Origin: Actinomycetes bacterium
GTDB lineage: Bacteria > Actinomycetota > Thermoleophilia > Gaiellales > JALYLC01
NCBI GenBank assembly: GCA_031361905.1
Contig: JANLRV010000085.1
Coordinates: forward strand, 1 to 59,857
DNA length: 59,857 bases
Direction: 5' to 3'
In this document: positions 19,384-28,217 of the stretch, piece after piece
How the letters are laid out: each line of letters begins with the position of its first letter
Numbering within the stretch: the first letter of the stretch is position 1
The notes under the pieces: model-generated
Told to the model about the DNA's origin: nothing
The model's database searches: none
What the model saw: only the letters and a program-made list of their open reading frames with translations
Position numbers and translations under genes: made by a program

Positions 19384-20357
19384 CAGGCGACCTCGACGTT
19401 GCGCTGGCCGAGACGACGCGCCCAGAAGGCGATCAGGCCGAGAGCCACGACAAGCGCGACGAGCAGGAACGAGGCCGCTGAGGTGGTGCCGAGCGCGAAC
19501 TGCCGGAAGCCCTGATGGTAGAGGTAGAGGTTGAAGACCTCCGAGAGATGCCCGGGCCCGCCTCCGGTCATCACGTAGACCTCGTCGAAGAGCTGGAGCG
19601 CATCCATTGCACGCAACGCGAAGATCGCGATCAGCACCGGCGCGAGCATCGGCAGCAGCACGTGCCGGAACCGCTGCCATGCGGTTGCCCCGTCGGCGTA
19701 CGCCGCCTCCAGCGGAGATTGAGGCATCGAGAGCAGCCCCGCGAGGCAGAGCAGGGTCACGAACGGCGTCGTGTGCCAGACCTCGAGCGCGATGATTCCC
19801 AGGCGCACCCTGCTCGGATCGGTCAGCCAGGCCTCATGCCCCCCTCCGAGGTGCAGAAAGTGGGCGTAGTAGTTGAGCTGGCCGAACTCGGCGTTGTAGA
19901 ACATGCGGAAGAAGTTGCCGATCACGATCGGGGTCAAGAGGTACGGGGTGAGCAGGGCCGCACGCGCGACGCGACGCGCGCGGAAGGGGCGGGCGAGCCA
20001 GAGCGCAAGCGCGAGCCCGAGCGCCATCTCGATCATCACGGCCGGCACGATGATCACGCTCGTGCTCCAGATCGAGTCTGCGAAATCGCTCGATGCCAGC
20101 ACCGCGCCGTAGTTGTCCACGCCGACGAAGCGCACCGGGTCGTACGGGCGGGCGAGGTTCATGTCCGTCAGGCTGACGCCACCCGCGACGATCATCGGGG
20201 CGACGCGCAAGCCGAACACGAGCAGAAGCGCAGGTGTCAGCAACATCCACGGTGTCAGCTTCCGGCGTGCAGAGCCTCGGCGCCGCCGGGCCGAGCGCGC
20301 CGAGTGATCCGCTTCCAGATCATCGTCGCGGTCGTGCACCGGCGGCGCCGCGTCCAT
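19383..20357 (-). CDS. Carbohydrate ABC transporter permease (MalF/UgpA type)
   Basis: EAA loop LEAAYADGATAWQRFRHVLLPMLAPV; multi-TM. Confidence 0.85.
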   Translation of the reverse strand: MDAAPPVHDRDDDLEADHSARSARRRRGSARRKLTPWMLLTPALLLVFGLRVAPMIVAGGVSLTDMNLARPYDPVRFVGVDNYGAVLASSDFADSIWSTSVIIVPAVMIEMALGLALALWLARPFRARRVARAALLTPYLLTPIVIGNFFRMFYNAEFGQLNYYAHFLHLGGGHEAWLTDPSRVRLGIIALEVWHTTPFVTLLCLAGLLSMPQSPLEAAYADGATAWQRFRHVLLPMLAPVLIAIFALRAMDALQLFDEVYVMTGGGPGHLSEVFNLYLYHQGFRQFALGTTSAASFLLVALVVALGLIAFWARRLGQRNVEVA

Positions 20358-20360
20358 TGT

Positions 20361-21650
20361 CTACCCGAACTCCTTTGCGACCTTGGGCTCGAGTCGCTTC
20401 TGGGCTTCCTTGAGCCCGCTCGCAAGCGATCGCTGTCCGCCCAATGCCTCGGAGATCGGCGGTGCCATCGCCGCCTCCCAGTCGACCCAGTTTGTTGCCT
20501 GAGGGAAGGGAACCGCTGCCTTGAAGCTCGCCGCGACGGCCTTGAAGTACGGATACTTCGTGCGCAGCGCGGGGTCGGAGACGACGGATACGCGCGTTGC
20601 GGAGCCACCTGATGCGAGTCCCGCCTTCTGCTCGGCCGAGCTTGTCGCCCAGGCGATGAAGTCGAAGGCCGCCTGCCCGTTCTTCGATTTCGCATTGACT
20701 CCGATCCCCCAGCCGCCCAGGTTCGGCGTGCGCTTACCGGTTGGGCCGATCGGAATCGGCGCAAACCCGACGGTCTTTGCGACCTTCGAATCCGCGCCGA
20801 GGATCGTCTCGGAGGTATCGGAGAAGTTGAGCATCAGCGCTGCCTTGCCTTGTGCGAAGGTCGCCGCCGCAACCGGCCAGTCGGCCGCCAGCGCGTCGGG
20901 TGGAGCGCTCCTCGCGATCTTCGACCAGACGGTCAACGCCTTGAGCGCCTGCGGGGTGTCGATGGTCGGCTTGGATCCGCGGTAGATCTCGGCCCCATAC
21001 GACCACGCGATGCTCCAGAACTCGTCGACGAGGGGGTCATCGCGCTTGCCGATCAGCGTGGATCCGTAGACGCCTCCCCGCTTGAGCTTGGCGGCTGCCG
21101 CGGCGTACTCGTCCCACGTTCTCGGCACCTCGATGCCTGCCTTCTTGAGCAGGTCGGTGCGGTAGTAGAGCATGTACACGGCCCCGAGCCAGGGAAGCCC
21201 GTAGAGCTTCTTGTCCCACGTTCCGGCCGCGATGTAGGGCTTGTAGAAGTCGTTCATCGCGAGCGGTGATCCCGCCTTCTTCGTGTAGCCGTCGAGCGAG
21301 GTGATGAAGCCGGCGCGCGCGTACTCCTTCATCCAGAGGTAGTCGAAGCCGACGACGTCATACCCCGCCTTGCCCGAGGAGAAGTCGGCGATGGCACGCT
21401 CGCGCACGCTGTCGTAGGGCAGCAACGTGACTTTCACGCTCACGCCGTGTTGCTTGCTGTAGACGGCAGCGAGCTTCGACAGGGCGACACCGGGACCTCC
21501 TGCCTGAGCGAGCACGTTCAGCTTGATCGCCGTCGCGCGCGTGCCCCCGGCCGACGCGGTGCCACCGAGCGCAGCGGCTGCGGCAACCGCGCTCAGCGCC
21601 GCGAGCGCGCCGATCGTTCGCCTCGCTCGTGATCCAGATTTCCGTGTCAT
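20361..21650 (-). CDS. Carbohydrate ABC transporter substrate-binding protein (family 1)
   Basis: 429 aa with an Arg-rich signal peptide (SRARRTIGALAALSAVAAAAALGG). No cognate ATPase gene is in the locus, as is common for this transporter class. Confidence 0.85.
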   Translation of the reverse strand: MTRKSGSRARRTIGALAALSAVAAAAALGGTASAGGTRATAIKLNVLAQAGGPGVALSKLAAVYSKQHGVSVKVTLLPYDSVRERAIADFSSGKAGYDVVGFDYLWMKEYARAGFITSLDGYTKKAGSPLAMNDFYKPYIAAGTWDKKLYGLPWLGAVYMLYYRTDLLKKAGIEVPRTWDEYAAAAAKLKRGGVYGSTLIGKRDDPLVDEFWSIAWSYGAEIYRGSKPTIDTPQALKALTVWSKIARSAPPDALAADWPVAAATFAQGKAALMLNFSDTSETILGADSKVAKTVGFAPIPIGPTGKRTPNLGGWGIGVNAKSKNGQAAFDFIAWATSSAEQKAGLASGGSATRVSVVSDPALRTKYPYFKAVAASFKAAVPFPQATNWVDWEAAMAPPISEALGGQRSLASGLKEAQKRLEPKVAKEFG

Positions 21651-21688
21651 GTTCTCCTCCTTCGGGGTTCGGTCCAGCGAACGGCGGG

Positions 21689-22378
21689 CTAGATGTCCGC
21701 GCCGCCGCTGACCGTGACTGACGATCCCGTCATGTAGCGGCTATCCGTGCTGACGAGAAACTTCACGACATCGGCGATCTCGCCGGGCTCGGCGACGCGC
21801 CCGATCGGGGTTGCCTCGACGTAGCCTCGCATGACGTCGTCGGGAGTGACGCCGAGCAGTCCCGCCTCCCAGACGAGCTCGCGCTCTTGCATCGGCGTGC
21901 GAACGTACATCGGGCAGACGGCATTGATCCGGACTCCATCGGGACCCAGCTCGACTGCGAGCGATTGCACTAGCCCGATCGTCGCGAACTTCGACGCACA
22001 GTAGGCCGAGAGGTTCTCCGCGCCTGAGAGACCGGCGACCGACGAGACAACGACGATCGCACCGCCGCGTCGCATGCACGGAACGAGTGCCCGCAGGCAG
22101 TTGAAGACACCGAAGGCGTTCACCCCGATCTGCTCGTTCCACGAGGCGGTCGTCGTGTCGACGAGGCGCGCCATCCGTGAGACTCCGGCTGCGAGCACGA
22201 CCGCATCGAGCTCGGGCGATCGCGTGGCCGCCGACGCGACCGATCGCTCGTCGGTCACGTCCACCGGGGGCGTGTTGGCCACGTCCCAGCCGTCCACGGC
22301 GAAACCGTCGAGCTCGAGCGCCGCACAGATCGCGGCGCCGATGCCGCTCGCGCTGCCCGTGACCACTGCCTGCCTCAT
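21689..22378 (-). CDS. Short-chain dehydrogenase/reductase (SDR)
   Basis: VTGSASGIGAA cofactor motif and catalytic YCASK. ATG 22378 overlaps the aminotransferase stop (ATGA). Confidence 0.88.
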   Translation of the reverse strand: MRQAVVTGSASGIGAAICAALELDGFAVDGWDVANTPPVDVTDERSVASAATRSPELDAVVLAAGVSRMARLVDTTTASWNEQIGVNAFGVFNCLRALVPCMRRGGAIVVVSSVAGLSGAENLSAYCASKFATIGLVQSLAVELGPDGVRINAVCPMYVRTPMQERELVWEAGLLGVTPDDVMRGYVEATPIGRVAEPGEIADVVKFLVSTDSRYMTGSSVTVSGGADI

Positions 22379-23751
22379 CGGACGCCGCCCTTCGGGCCGA
22401 CGCGGCCGGCGCGCACGGCCTCGACGACGGCGGGCATGGCCTCGGCGGCGCGCGCGACCGTCAGCTCGACGTCCGCGTCCGTGTGGGCTGCGGAGAGCAG
22501 GAAGAGGCTCTCCTGTTGCGGCTGGATCAGGATCCCGCGCTCGAGCAGCTCGGAGTGCAGCGTCGCGAACGGGCTCAGCGCGACGATCGGGATCAGCGAG
22601 CGGTAGTCGTGCGGCGGCGCGGGCGCGAACCACAGCTGGAAGAGCGAGCCAACGCCGCTCCAGCACGCCTCGAGACCGGCCTCTCGGACGACGCCGACGA
22701 GCCCGTTCGCGAGCCGCTCGCCGCGGGAGATGAGCTCTTCGTAGAACCCCGGACGACCGGTCTCGCGCAACGCTGCGACGATCGCCGCGCACGCGAGCGG
22801 GTTCGAGTTGTAGGTGCCCCCGTGCATCGTGCGTCCCTCGGTCACGACCGCCATGGCCGCTGCGGAGCCGCCGACCACGGCGACGGGAAAGCCGGCGCCG
22901 ACGGCCTTCGCGAGCACGGTCAGATCGGGCTCGATCGCGAACATCTCCTGCGCCCCGCCCGCGCTCACGCGCATGCCGCAGAGCACCTCGTCGAAGATCA
23001 GGAGCGCGCCGTGCCGCCGGGTGATCGCCCGCAGCGCGTCGTGGTAGCCGGCGTGCGGCAGCAGGCCGCCGCCGTTTCCCATGATCGGCTCGGTGATCAC
23101 CGCCGCGATCTCGTCGCCGCGCTCGAGGAACGCGCGCTCCAGCGCCGGCACGTCGTTCCAGGGAAGGACGAGCAGGCCGTCGGCGATCTCGGGTGGCATG
23201 CCGGACGTGCCGGCGACCGCGATCGGCGCGTCAGCCGGCCCGGCCTCGTCGAGCGATGGGTGCGCCGACCAGTGGATCGCGTCGGACCAGCCGTGGTAGT
23301 GGCCCTCGAAGCGGACGATCAGGCGACGACCCGTGGCCGCACGTGCGAAGCGCAGCGCGTACTGCACGCACTCGGTGCCCGAGCTGCCGAGCCGCATCAG
23401 CTCGAGCGACGGCATGCGCGCGTTGATCGCGTCGGCGGCGGCGGACTCGAGGTCGTGGCAGAGCGCGAGCTGCGATCCGTGCGAGGCGAGCGCGCTCGCC
23501 AGCGCCTCGATCAGGGCGGGCGGCCGGTGTCCGAGGATCAGCGGGCCCTGGCCCATCTGGTAGTCGACGTAGCGGTTGCCGTCGGCATCGATGATCTGCG
23601 AGCCGCTCGCCTCGGCGACGGAGATCGGGCACGGACGCCAGCCGGCGCGCGGCGAGCGCGTGCCGGAGCCGACGCCGCCCGCGAGGTGGGACTGCGCGCG
23701 CTCGAAGCGCTCCTGGGAGACCGTCATCGTGCGGCGCGGAGGAGGGCTCAT
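22375..23751 (-). CDS. Class III aminotransferase (glutamate-1-semialdehyde aminomutase-like)
   Basis: GSSGTE, FDEVLCGMR and LAKAVGAGFP (PLP lysine) blocks. ATG 23751 overlaps the kinase stop (ATGA). Confidence 0.85.
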   Translation of the reverse strand: MSPPPRRTMTVSQERFERAQSHLAGGVGSGTRSPRAGWRPCPISVAEASGSQIIDADGNRYVDYQMGQGPLILGHRPPALIEALASALASHGSQLALCHDLESAAADAINARMPSLELMRLGSSGTECVQYALRFARAATGRRLIVRFEGHYHGWSDAIHWSAHPSLDEAGPADAPIAVAGTSGMPPEIADGLLVLPWNDVPALERAFLERGDEIAAVITEPIMGNGGGLLPHAGYHDALRAITRRHGALLIFDEVLCGMRVSAGGAQEMFAIEPDLTVLAKAVGAGFPVAVVGGSAAAMAVVTEGRTMHGGTYNSNPLACAAIVAALRETGRPGFYEELISRGERLANGLVGVVREAGLEACWSGVGSLFQLWFAPAPPHDYRSLIPIVALSPFATLHSELLERGILIQPQQESLFLLSAAHTDADVELTVARAAEAMPAVVEAVRAGRVGPKGGVR

Positions 23752-24527
23752 GGCGCCGCCACGTGGTCGGGCCAGGCGCCGAAGTGGCTGCACGCGACGG
23801 CCGCGCTCTCGGCCCCGAGATCGAGCGCGGCCGCCAGCGCGTGCCCGTCGGCGAGCGCGCCGATGCAGGCCGCGATGAACGCATCGCCGGCGCCGAGCGT
23901 GTCGACGACCGCGGCCGGGCGGGCCGACAGCGACACGCGCTCAGCTCCGGTGAACGCGACGCTGCCATGCTTTCCGAGCGTCGCGATGCCGACGACGGCA
24001 CCGAGCGCGCAGGCGCGCTCTGCTGCCTCGGGACCGGCCGAGAAGAAGGCGACGTCGAGCTGTGGCGCGAGCGCGGCCACGAGCTCGTCGTCCCAGACGT
24101 CGCAGAAGTCATAGGAGAGCCGCGTTCCACCCGCCCGCAGGGCGGCGGCCGCGTCCCGCAGATCGGGCTGGCGGGCGCCGTGCACCCACGCGTGCTCCCG
24201 CAGTCGCGTGACGACGGCGTCAGTCAGCCGGTAGTCGGCGACCACGCCATACTCCTCGAGCAGGAAGCGGCGGTCACCGTGCTCGTCGAGCGCGACGATC
24301 GTCACGCCCGAGGACCCCGCGCGCACCTCGACGTTCGACACGTCGACGCCGGCCGCGCGCGCGCCGGCGATGATCACCCGCCCCGCGTCATCGTCGCCCA
24401 CGGCGCCGTAGTACGCGCCGCCCGTCCGCGCCGCGACGTTGAGCGCGTTGCCGCCCGGGCTCTCGCGCTCGACCGCGCCGACGTAGCGGTCGATGCAGTT
24501 GTCTCCCACGCTCGCGATCACGGCCAC
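23748..24527 (-). CDS. frlD: PfkB-family kinase, fructoselysine/fructosamine 6-kinase (FrlD)-like
   Basis: VGDNCIDRY, GGNALNVA, VGDDDAG and DTLGAGDAFIA blocks parallel E. coli FrlD (IGDNCVDIY, GGNAVNVA, VGDDDYG, DTMGAGDSFIA). Start is GTG 24527 or 24521. Confidence 0.75.
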   Translation of the reverse strand: MAVIASVGDNCIDRYVGAVERESPGGNALNVAARTGGAYYGAVGDDDAGRVIIAGARAAGVDVSNVEVRAGSSGVTIVALDEHGDRRFLLEEYGVVADYRLTDAVVTRLREHAWVHGARQPDLRDAAAALRAGGTRLSYDFCDVWDDELVAALAPQLDVAFFSAGPEAAERACALGAVVGIATLGKHGSVAFTGAERVSLSARPAAVVDTLGAGDAFIAACIGALADGHALAAALDLGAESAAVACSHFGAWPDHVAAP

Positions 24528-25576
24528 GTCGCGCCGCCCTCCGCGAGCACCCGGTGGCCCATCAGCACGCGCTCGTCGAGGTCGTCGATGCCGCGGAGCA
24601 GCGCCGAGTAGACGACGAACCACTGCAACGGGACCTTGAGCACGAACGGCGCGAGCAGCGGATGCAGGCCGTCGTAGGCGGCCGCGTCGAAGGTCAGCGT
24701 GCGCGCACCACCTGCACGCGCGGTGTCGAGCGAGCGCTGCGTCAGCGAGCGGGACTCGTCCGTGCCGAGCAGGAAGACCATCTCGGGCCGCTGGCGCTCG
24801 AGCATCTCGGCCGGACCGTGGCGGAACTCCGCGCTCTCGACGATCGAGCCGTGCGTGCGGATGTTCTCCATGAAGACCGTCAGCGCGAACTTGTAGGCGA
24901 GTCCGTAGAGCGGGCCTGCGCCGACGCAGTAGAGGCTCTGGGCGGCGAGGAACTCGCGCGCCATTCGCTCGCCCGGCTCGCGCGCGTCGATGAAGGCCTG
25001 CGCGATCAGCTCGGGCAGCGCGTCGAGGCCGGCGCTGATCGCGGCGGCCTCGGGATTGCCCTCGAGCGCGGCCCATTCGAGCGCGAACAGCGTGACGGCC
25101 GCCATCGGCAGCGCGTACAGCGCCGTCGCGCCGTACGCGATCGTCTCGTCGGCCTCTCGGCCGATCGGCGAGTCCGCCTTGGCGACGAGGGCGACCGTAC
25201 GCGCGCCCGCATCGTTGGCGTAGCGGAGCGCCGCGAGGGTGTCCTCGGTGCCGCCCGAGTACGAGGCGAGGAAGACGAGCGCCTTGGGCCCGAGGCGGCG
25301 AGGCTTGCGCCAGGTCAGCTCGTAGCTGAGCTGGACGCTCGTCGCGAGCGTCGTCAGCCGGTCGCAGAGGTAGCTCCCCGAGTACATCGACGCCCACGAG
25401 CCGCCGCTGCCCACGAAGAACACGCTCTCGACACCGGCGGCCCGTGCCTCCCGCGCGAGCTCGCGCGCCCGCGGCCCGTGCTCGCCGAAGAACCGCGCGA
25501 GGTCGGCGGACAGGCGCGGTGCGGTGAAGAGCTCCGACGTGGTCGCGCGCTCGACGAGCGCTTCGAGATCCTTCAT
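24518..25576 (-). CDS. frlB: Double-SIS-domain protein, fructosamine-6-phosphate deglycase (FrlB)-like
   Basis: VESAEFRHGPAEM, FLLGTDESR and GLHPLLAPFVLKVPLQW match the E. coli FrlB blocks IESGEFRHGPLEI, FLLGNDESR and GLHPWLAPFLMFVPMEW. Confidence 0.78.
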   Translation of the reverse strand: MKDLEALVERATTSELFTAPRLSADLARFFGEHGPRARELAREARAAGVESVFFVGSGGSWASMYSGSYLCDRLTTLATSVQLSYELTWRKPRRLGPKALVFLASYSGGTEDTLAALRYANDAGARTVALVAKADSPIGREADETIAYGATALYALPMAAVTLFALEWAALEGNPEAAAISAGLDALPELIAQAFIDAREPGERMAREFLAAQSLYCVGAGPLYGLAYKFALTVFMENIRTHGSIVESAEFRHGPAEMLERQRPEMVFLLGTDESRSLTQRSLDTARAGGARTLTFDAAAYDGLHPLLAPFVLKVPLQWFVVYSALLRGIDDLDERVLMGHRVLAEGGATWP

Positions 25577-25599
25577 GGATGAGACTTTCCGGTCGAGGG

Positions 25600-25613
25600 T
25601 GAGAACGCTATCA
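25600..25613. promoter_or_regulatory. LacI-family operator-like site TGAGAACGCTATCA (copy B)
   Basis: In the 69-bp divergent frlB-like/lacI-type intergenic region, 24-37 nt upstream of start 25576. Confidence 0.6.
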
Positions 25614-25622
25614 GGCGGGGTC

Positions 25623-25636
25623 TGAGAACGCTATCA
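25623..25636. promoter_or_regulatory. LacI-family operator-like site TGAGAACGCTATCA (copy C)
   Basis: 23 bp centre-to-centre from copy B; 10-23 nt upstream of the regulator ATG 25646. Confidence 0.6.
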
Positions 25637-25645
25637 TCCGAGTCG

Positions 25646-26653
25646 ATGGCTCAGACGATCCGCGACGTCGCCCGCGAGGCCGGCGTCTCCCAGGCGACCG
25701 CCGCCCGCGCGCTGGCGGGCTACGGCTACGTGGCCGAGGTCACGCGACGCCGGGTCAAGGATGCCGCCGTCGCGATCGGCTACCAGCCGAACGGGCTCGC
25801 GCGTGCCCTCGTCTCCGGCGCGACGAAGACGATCGGCCTCGTCGTCGGCGACATCGAGAACCCGTTCTTCGCGACCGCGGCGCGCGGCCTCGCCGACGCG
25901 CTCGAGCGCGAGGGCTACACGCTCGTCTTGGCGAACTCCGATGAGGAGCTGGCACGCGAGCAACGCGTCGTGCAGGCGCTCCGGGAGCGTCTCGTCGACG
26001 GCCTCGTCGTCGTGCCGAGCTCGGGTGACGACGGCGGCCATCTCGCGGCGATCATCGCCGACGGCAGGCCCGTGGTGCTGCTCGATCGCGCGATCGACGG
26101 GCTGGGCGCCGATGCCGTGCTCGTCGACAACGAGAGCGGCGCCGAGGCCGCGATGCACCACCTGATCGAGCTCGGCCACCGGCGCATCGGCATCGTCTCG
26201 GACTCGCCGGGCATCGCCTCCACGGCCGAGCGCCTGGCGGGGTGCCGAGTGGCGCTGGAGGCGGCCGGGATCGCCTGGGACGACGAGCTCGTCTCGATCG
26301 GCGGCTCGTCGCAGACCGACGGCTACCGCACCGCCCGGGCGCTCCTGACCTCCGACCGTCCGCCGAGCGCCGTCTTCACGCTGAGCAACTTCATGACGGC
26401 GGGCGCGATTCGCGCGCTGCGAGATCTCGGGCTCTCGATGCCGGTGGACGTCGCTCTCGTCGGCTTCGACGACCTCGACTGGACGACGCTCGTCGAGCCG
26501 CAGATCAGCGTCGTCGCCCAGCCAGTCTCCGAGCTCGGTCAGGCCGTCGCCGAGCGCCTGCTCGCGCGGCTCGGCGGAGACGAGTCGCCGCCGCTCCAGA
26601 TCCGTCTGCACACGCGGCTGATCATCCGGCAGTCCTGCGGAGGCAGGGCGTGA
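25646..26653 (+). CDS. LacI family transcriptional regulator
   Basis: N-terminal HTH TIRDVAREAGVSQATAARALAG plus a periplasmic-binding-protein-like sugar-binding core. Confidence 0.9.
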   Translation: MAQTIRDVAREAGVSQATAARALAGYGYVAEVTRRRVKDAAVAIGYQPNGLARALVSGATKTIGLVVGDIENPFFATAARGLADALEREGYTLVLANSDEELAREQRVVQALRERLVDGLVVVPSSGDDGGHLAAIIADGRPVVLLDRAIDGLGADAVLVDNESGAEAAMHHLIELGHRRIGIVSDSPGIASTAERLAGCRVALEAAGIAWDDELVSIGGSSQTDGYRTARALLTSDRPPSAVFTLSNFMTAGAIRALRDLGLSMPVDVALVGFDDLDWTTLVEPQISVVAQPVSELGQAVAERLLARLGGDESPPLQIRLHTRLIIRQSCGGRA

Positions 26654-27777
26654 GCGCCGCCTCCGAGCTCGTCTGCGCGCTCGTCGCCGCCGACTCGACG
26701 AACCCTCAGCTCGTCCCCGGCGGCGCCGGCGAGGCCGAGGCCGCGCGTCTCTGCGCCGGGCGGCTCGCGGCACTCGGAGCCGAGGTCGACGTCTGGGAGC
26801 CGCTGCCCGGCAGGCCGAACGTGGTGGCCACGATCCGCGGCTCCGGCGATGGCCGGTCGCTGATGCTGTGCGGGCACCTCGACGTCGTCGCCGGCCCGCC
26901 CGAGCTATTCCTGCCGGAGGTTCGAGACGGCCGGCTGTACGGCCGCGGCGCCGTCGACATGAAGGGCGGCATCGCCGCCGCGATTCTCGCGGCCGAGCGC
27001 GTCGCGGCCGGCGAGCGGCTGCGTGGCGACCTGATCGTCGCGCTCGTGATCGACGAGGAGTGGCTGAGCGTGGGCGCCGAGGCGCTCGCCGCGCGCTATC
27101 GCGCCGACGCCGCGATCTTCCCGGAGCAGTCGGGGCTCGATCTCGTGCTCGAGCACGGCGGCTTCGCCTGGTTCGAGATCGACAGCCATGGCGTCGAGGC
27201 AGCGGGCTCCGACCCCGCCGTCGGCCGCGATGCGATCGCGCCGCTCGGGCCCGTGCTCTCCGAGATCGCGGTGCTCGACCGTGCGCTCGCGAAGGCGCCG
27301 GCGTGCTCCTACGGGCGCGGCAGCATCCACGCCTCGATGATCGCGGGCGGCGACCAGCTGCCCGTCTATCCCCCGCTCTGCACGCTCGGCATCGAGCGCT
27401 GCCTGATCCCCGGCGAGAGCTGGCTCGGGGCCGAGCGCGAGATCGACGCGATGGTCGAGCTCGCCCACCGGGCCAACCCCGAGGCGAGGCTCGAGCGGCG
27501 CACGATCGTCGGGCGCGACCCGATCAGGATCGAGGCCGACGAGCCGATCGCGCTCGCGCTCGCGGCGGCCGCCGCCGCCGAGCTCGGGCACCCTGCGGTG
27601 CAGCGCGGCGACATCGGCTGGATGGACTCCGGGATCCTGCACGACACCGGCGTTCCCTGCATCACGTTCGGGCCGATCGGCGCCGGCGAGCACACGGGCG
27701 TCGAGTGGGTCGATCTCGCCTCCGTCGAGGCGTGCGCGCGAATCTACGCCGACGCGGCACGCCGGCTGCTGAGCTAG
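26650..27777 (+). CDS. M20 family metallohydrolase (ArgE/DapE/carboxypeptidase-like)
   Basis: LMLCGHLDVV and VIDEEW metal-ligand blocks. GTG 26650 overlaps the regulator stop (GTGA). Confidence 0.8.
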   Translation: MSAASELVCALVAADSTNPQLVPGGAGEAEAARLCAGRLAALGAEVDVWEPLPGRPNVVATIRGSGDGRSLMLCGHLDVVAGPPELFLPEVRDGRLYGRGAVDMKGGIAAAILAAERVAAGERLRGDLIVALVIDEEWLSVGAEALAARYRADAAIFPEQSGLDLVLEHGGFAWFEIDSHGVEAAGSDPAVGRDAIAPLGPVLSEIAVLDRALAKAPACSYGRGSIHASMIAGGDQLPVYPPLCTLGIERCLIPGESWLGAEREIDAMVELAHRANPEARLERRTIVGRDPIRIEADEPIALALAAAAAAELGHPAVQRGDIGWMDSGILHDTGVPCITFGPIGAGEHTGVEWVDLASVEACARIYADAARRLLS

Positions 27778-28217
27778 CTCGACTGCCGGAGCATGCGCGA
27801 GAGCGCACGGCAGCGCTCGAGCTCGGCGGCGCTGAGGGGGCGGAACGCGCCCGGCTCGGGCGGCTCGGCCGCGAAGCGCGAGACGTCGAAGCCGACGCGC
27901 GCGAGCCGGGCCGCGAGGCTGCCGTCCGAGAGCAGCAGCGCCGACGCCTCCGAGCGCGACGCGAGGTGGAGCTCGGCAGGGTGCGCGATCGGCGGCAGCT
28001 CGCCCTCGACGAGGCCGACGAGCACGCCGACGTGATCGCGCGGGGCGATCGCCCGGCCATCCAGCGTGACCGCGCCGCCGGGCGCCACGCCGACCGTGGG
28101 ATCGATCACCGTGACCCCGTCGACGGCGATCCTGCCCGCGGCGATCAAGCGCTCGGCGGTCCGGCGCGTGCCGTACCCCGCGAGCGCGACGTAGCGGTTC
28201 AGGCGGGTCTCAGCCAT
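27774..28217 (-). CDS. Truncated, probably catalytically dead RluB/RsuA-like paralogue (S4 domain retained)
   Basis: RLNRYVALAGYGTRRTAERLIAAGRIAVDG S4 domain. The region homologous to FPVGRLDTNTTGVLLLTNDGELANRL reads LHLASRSEASALLLSDGSLAARL, so the catalytic Asp is lost. 147 aa against 236 aa for the neighbouring rluB. Confidence 0.6.
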   Translation of the reverse strand: MAETRLNRYVALAGYGTRRTAERLIAAGRIAVDGVTVIDPTVGVAPGGAVTLDGRAIAPRDHVGVLVGLVEGELPPIAHPAELHLASRSEASALLLSDGSLAARLARVGFDVSRFAAEPPEPGAFRPLSAAELERCRALSRMLRQSS

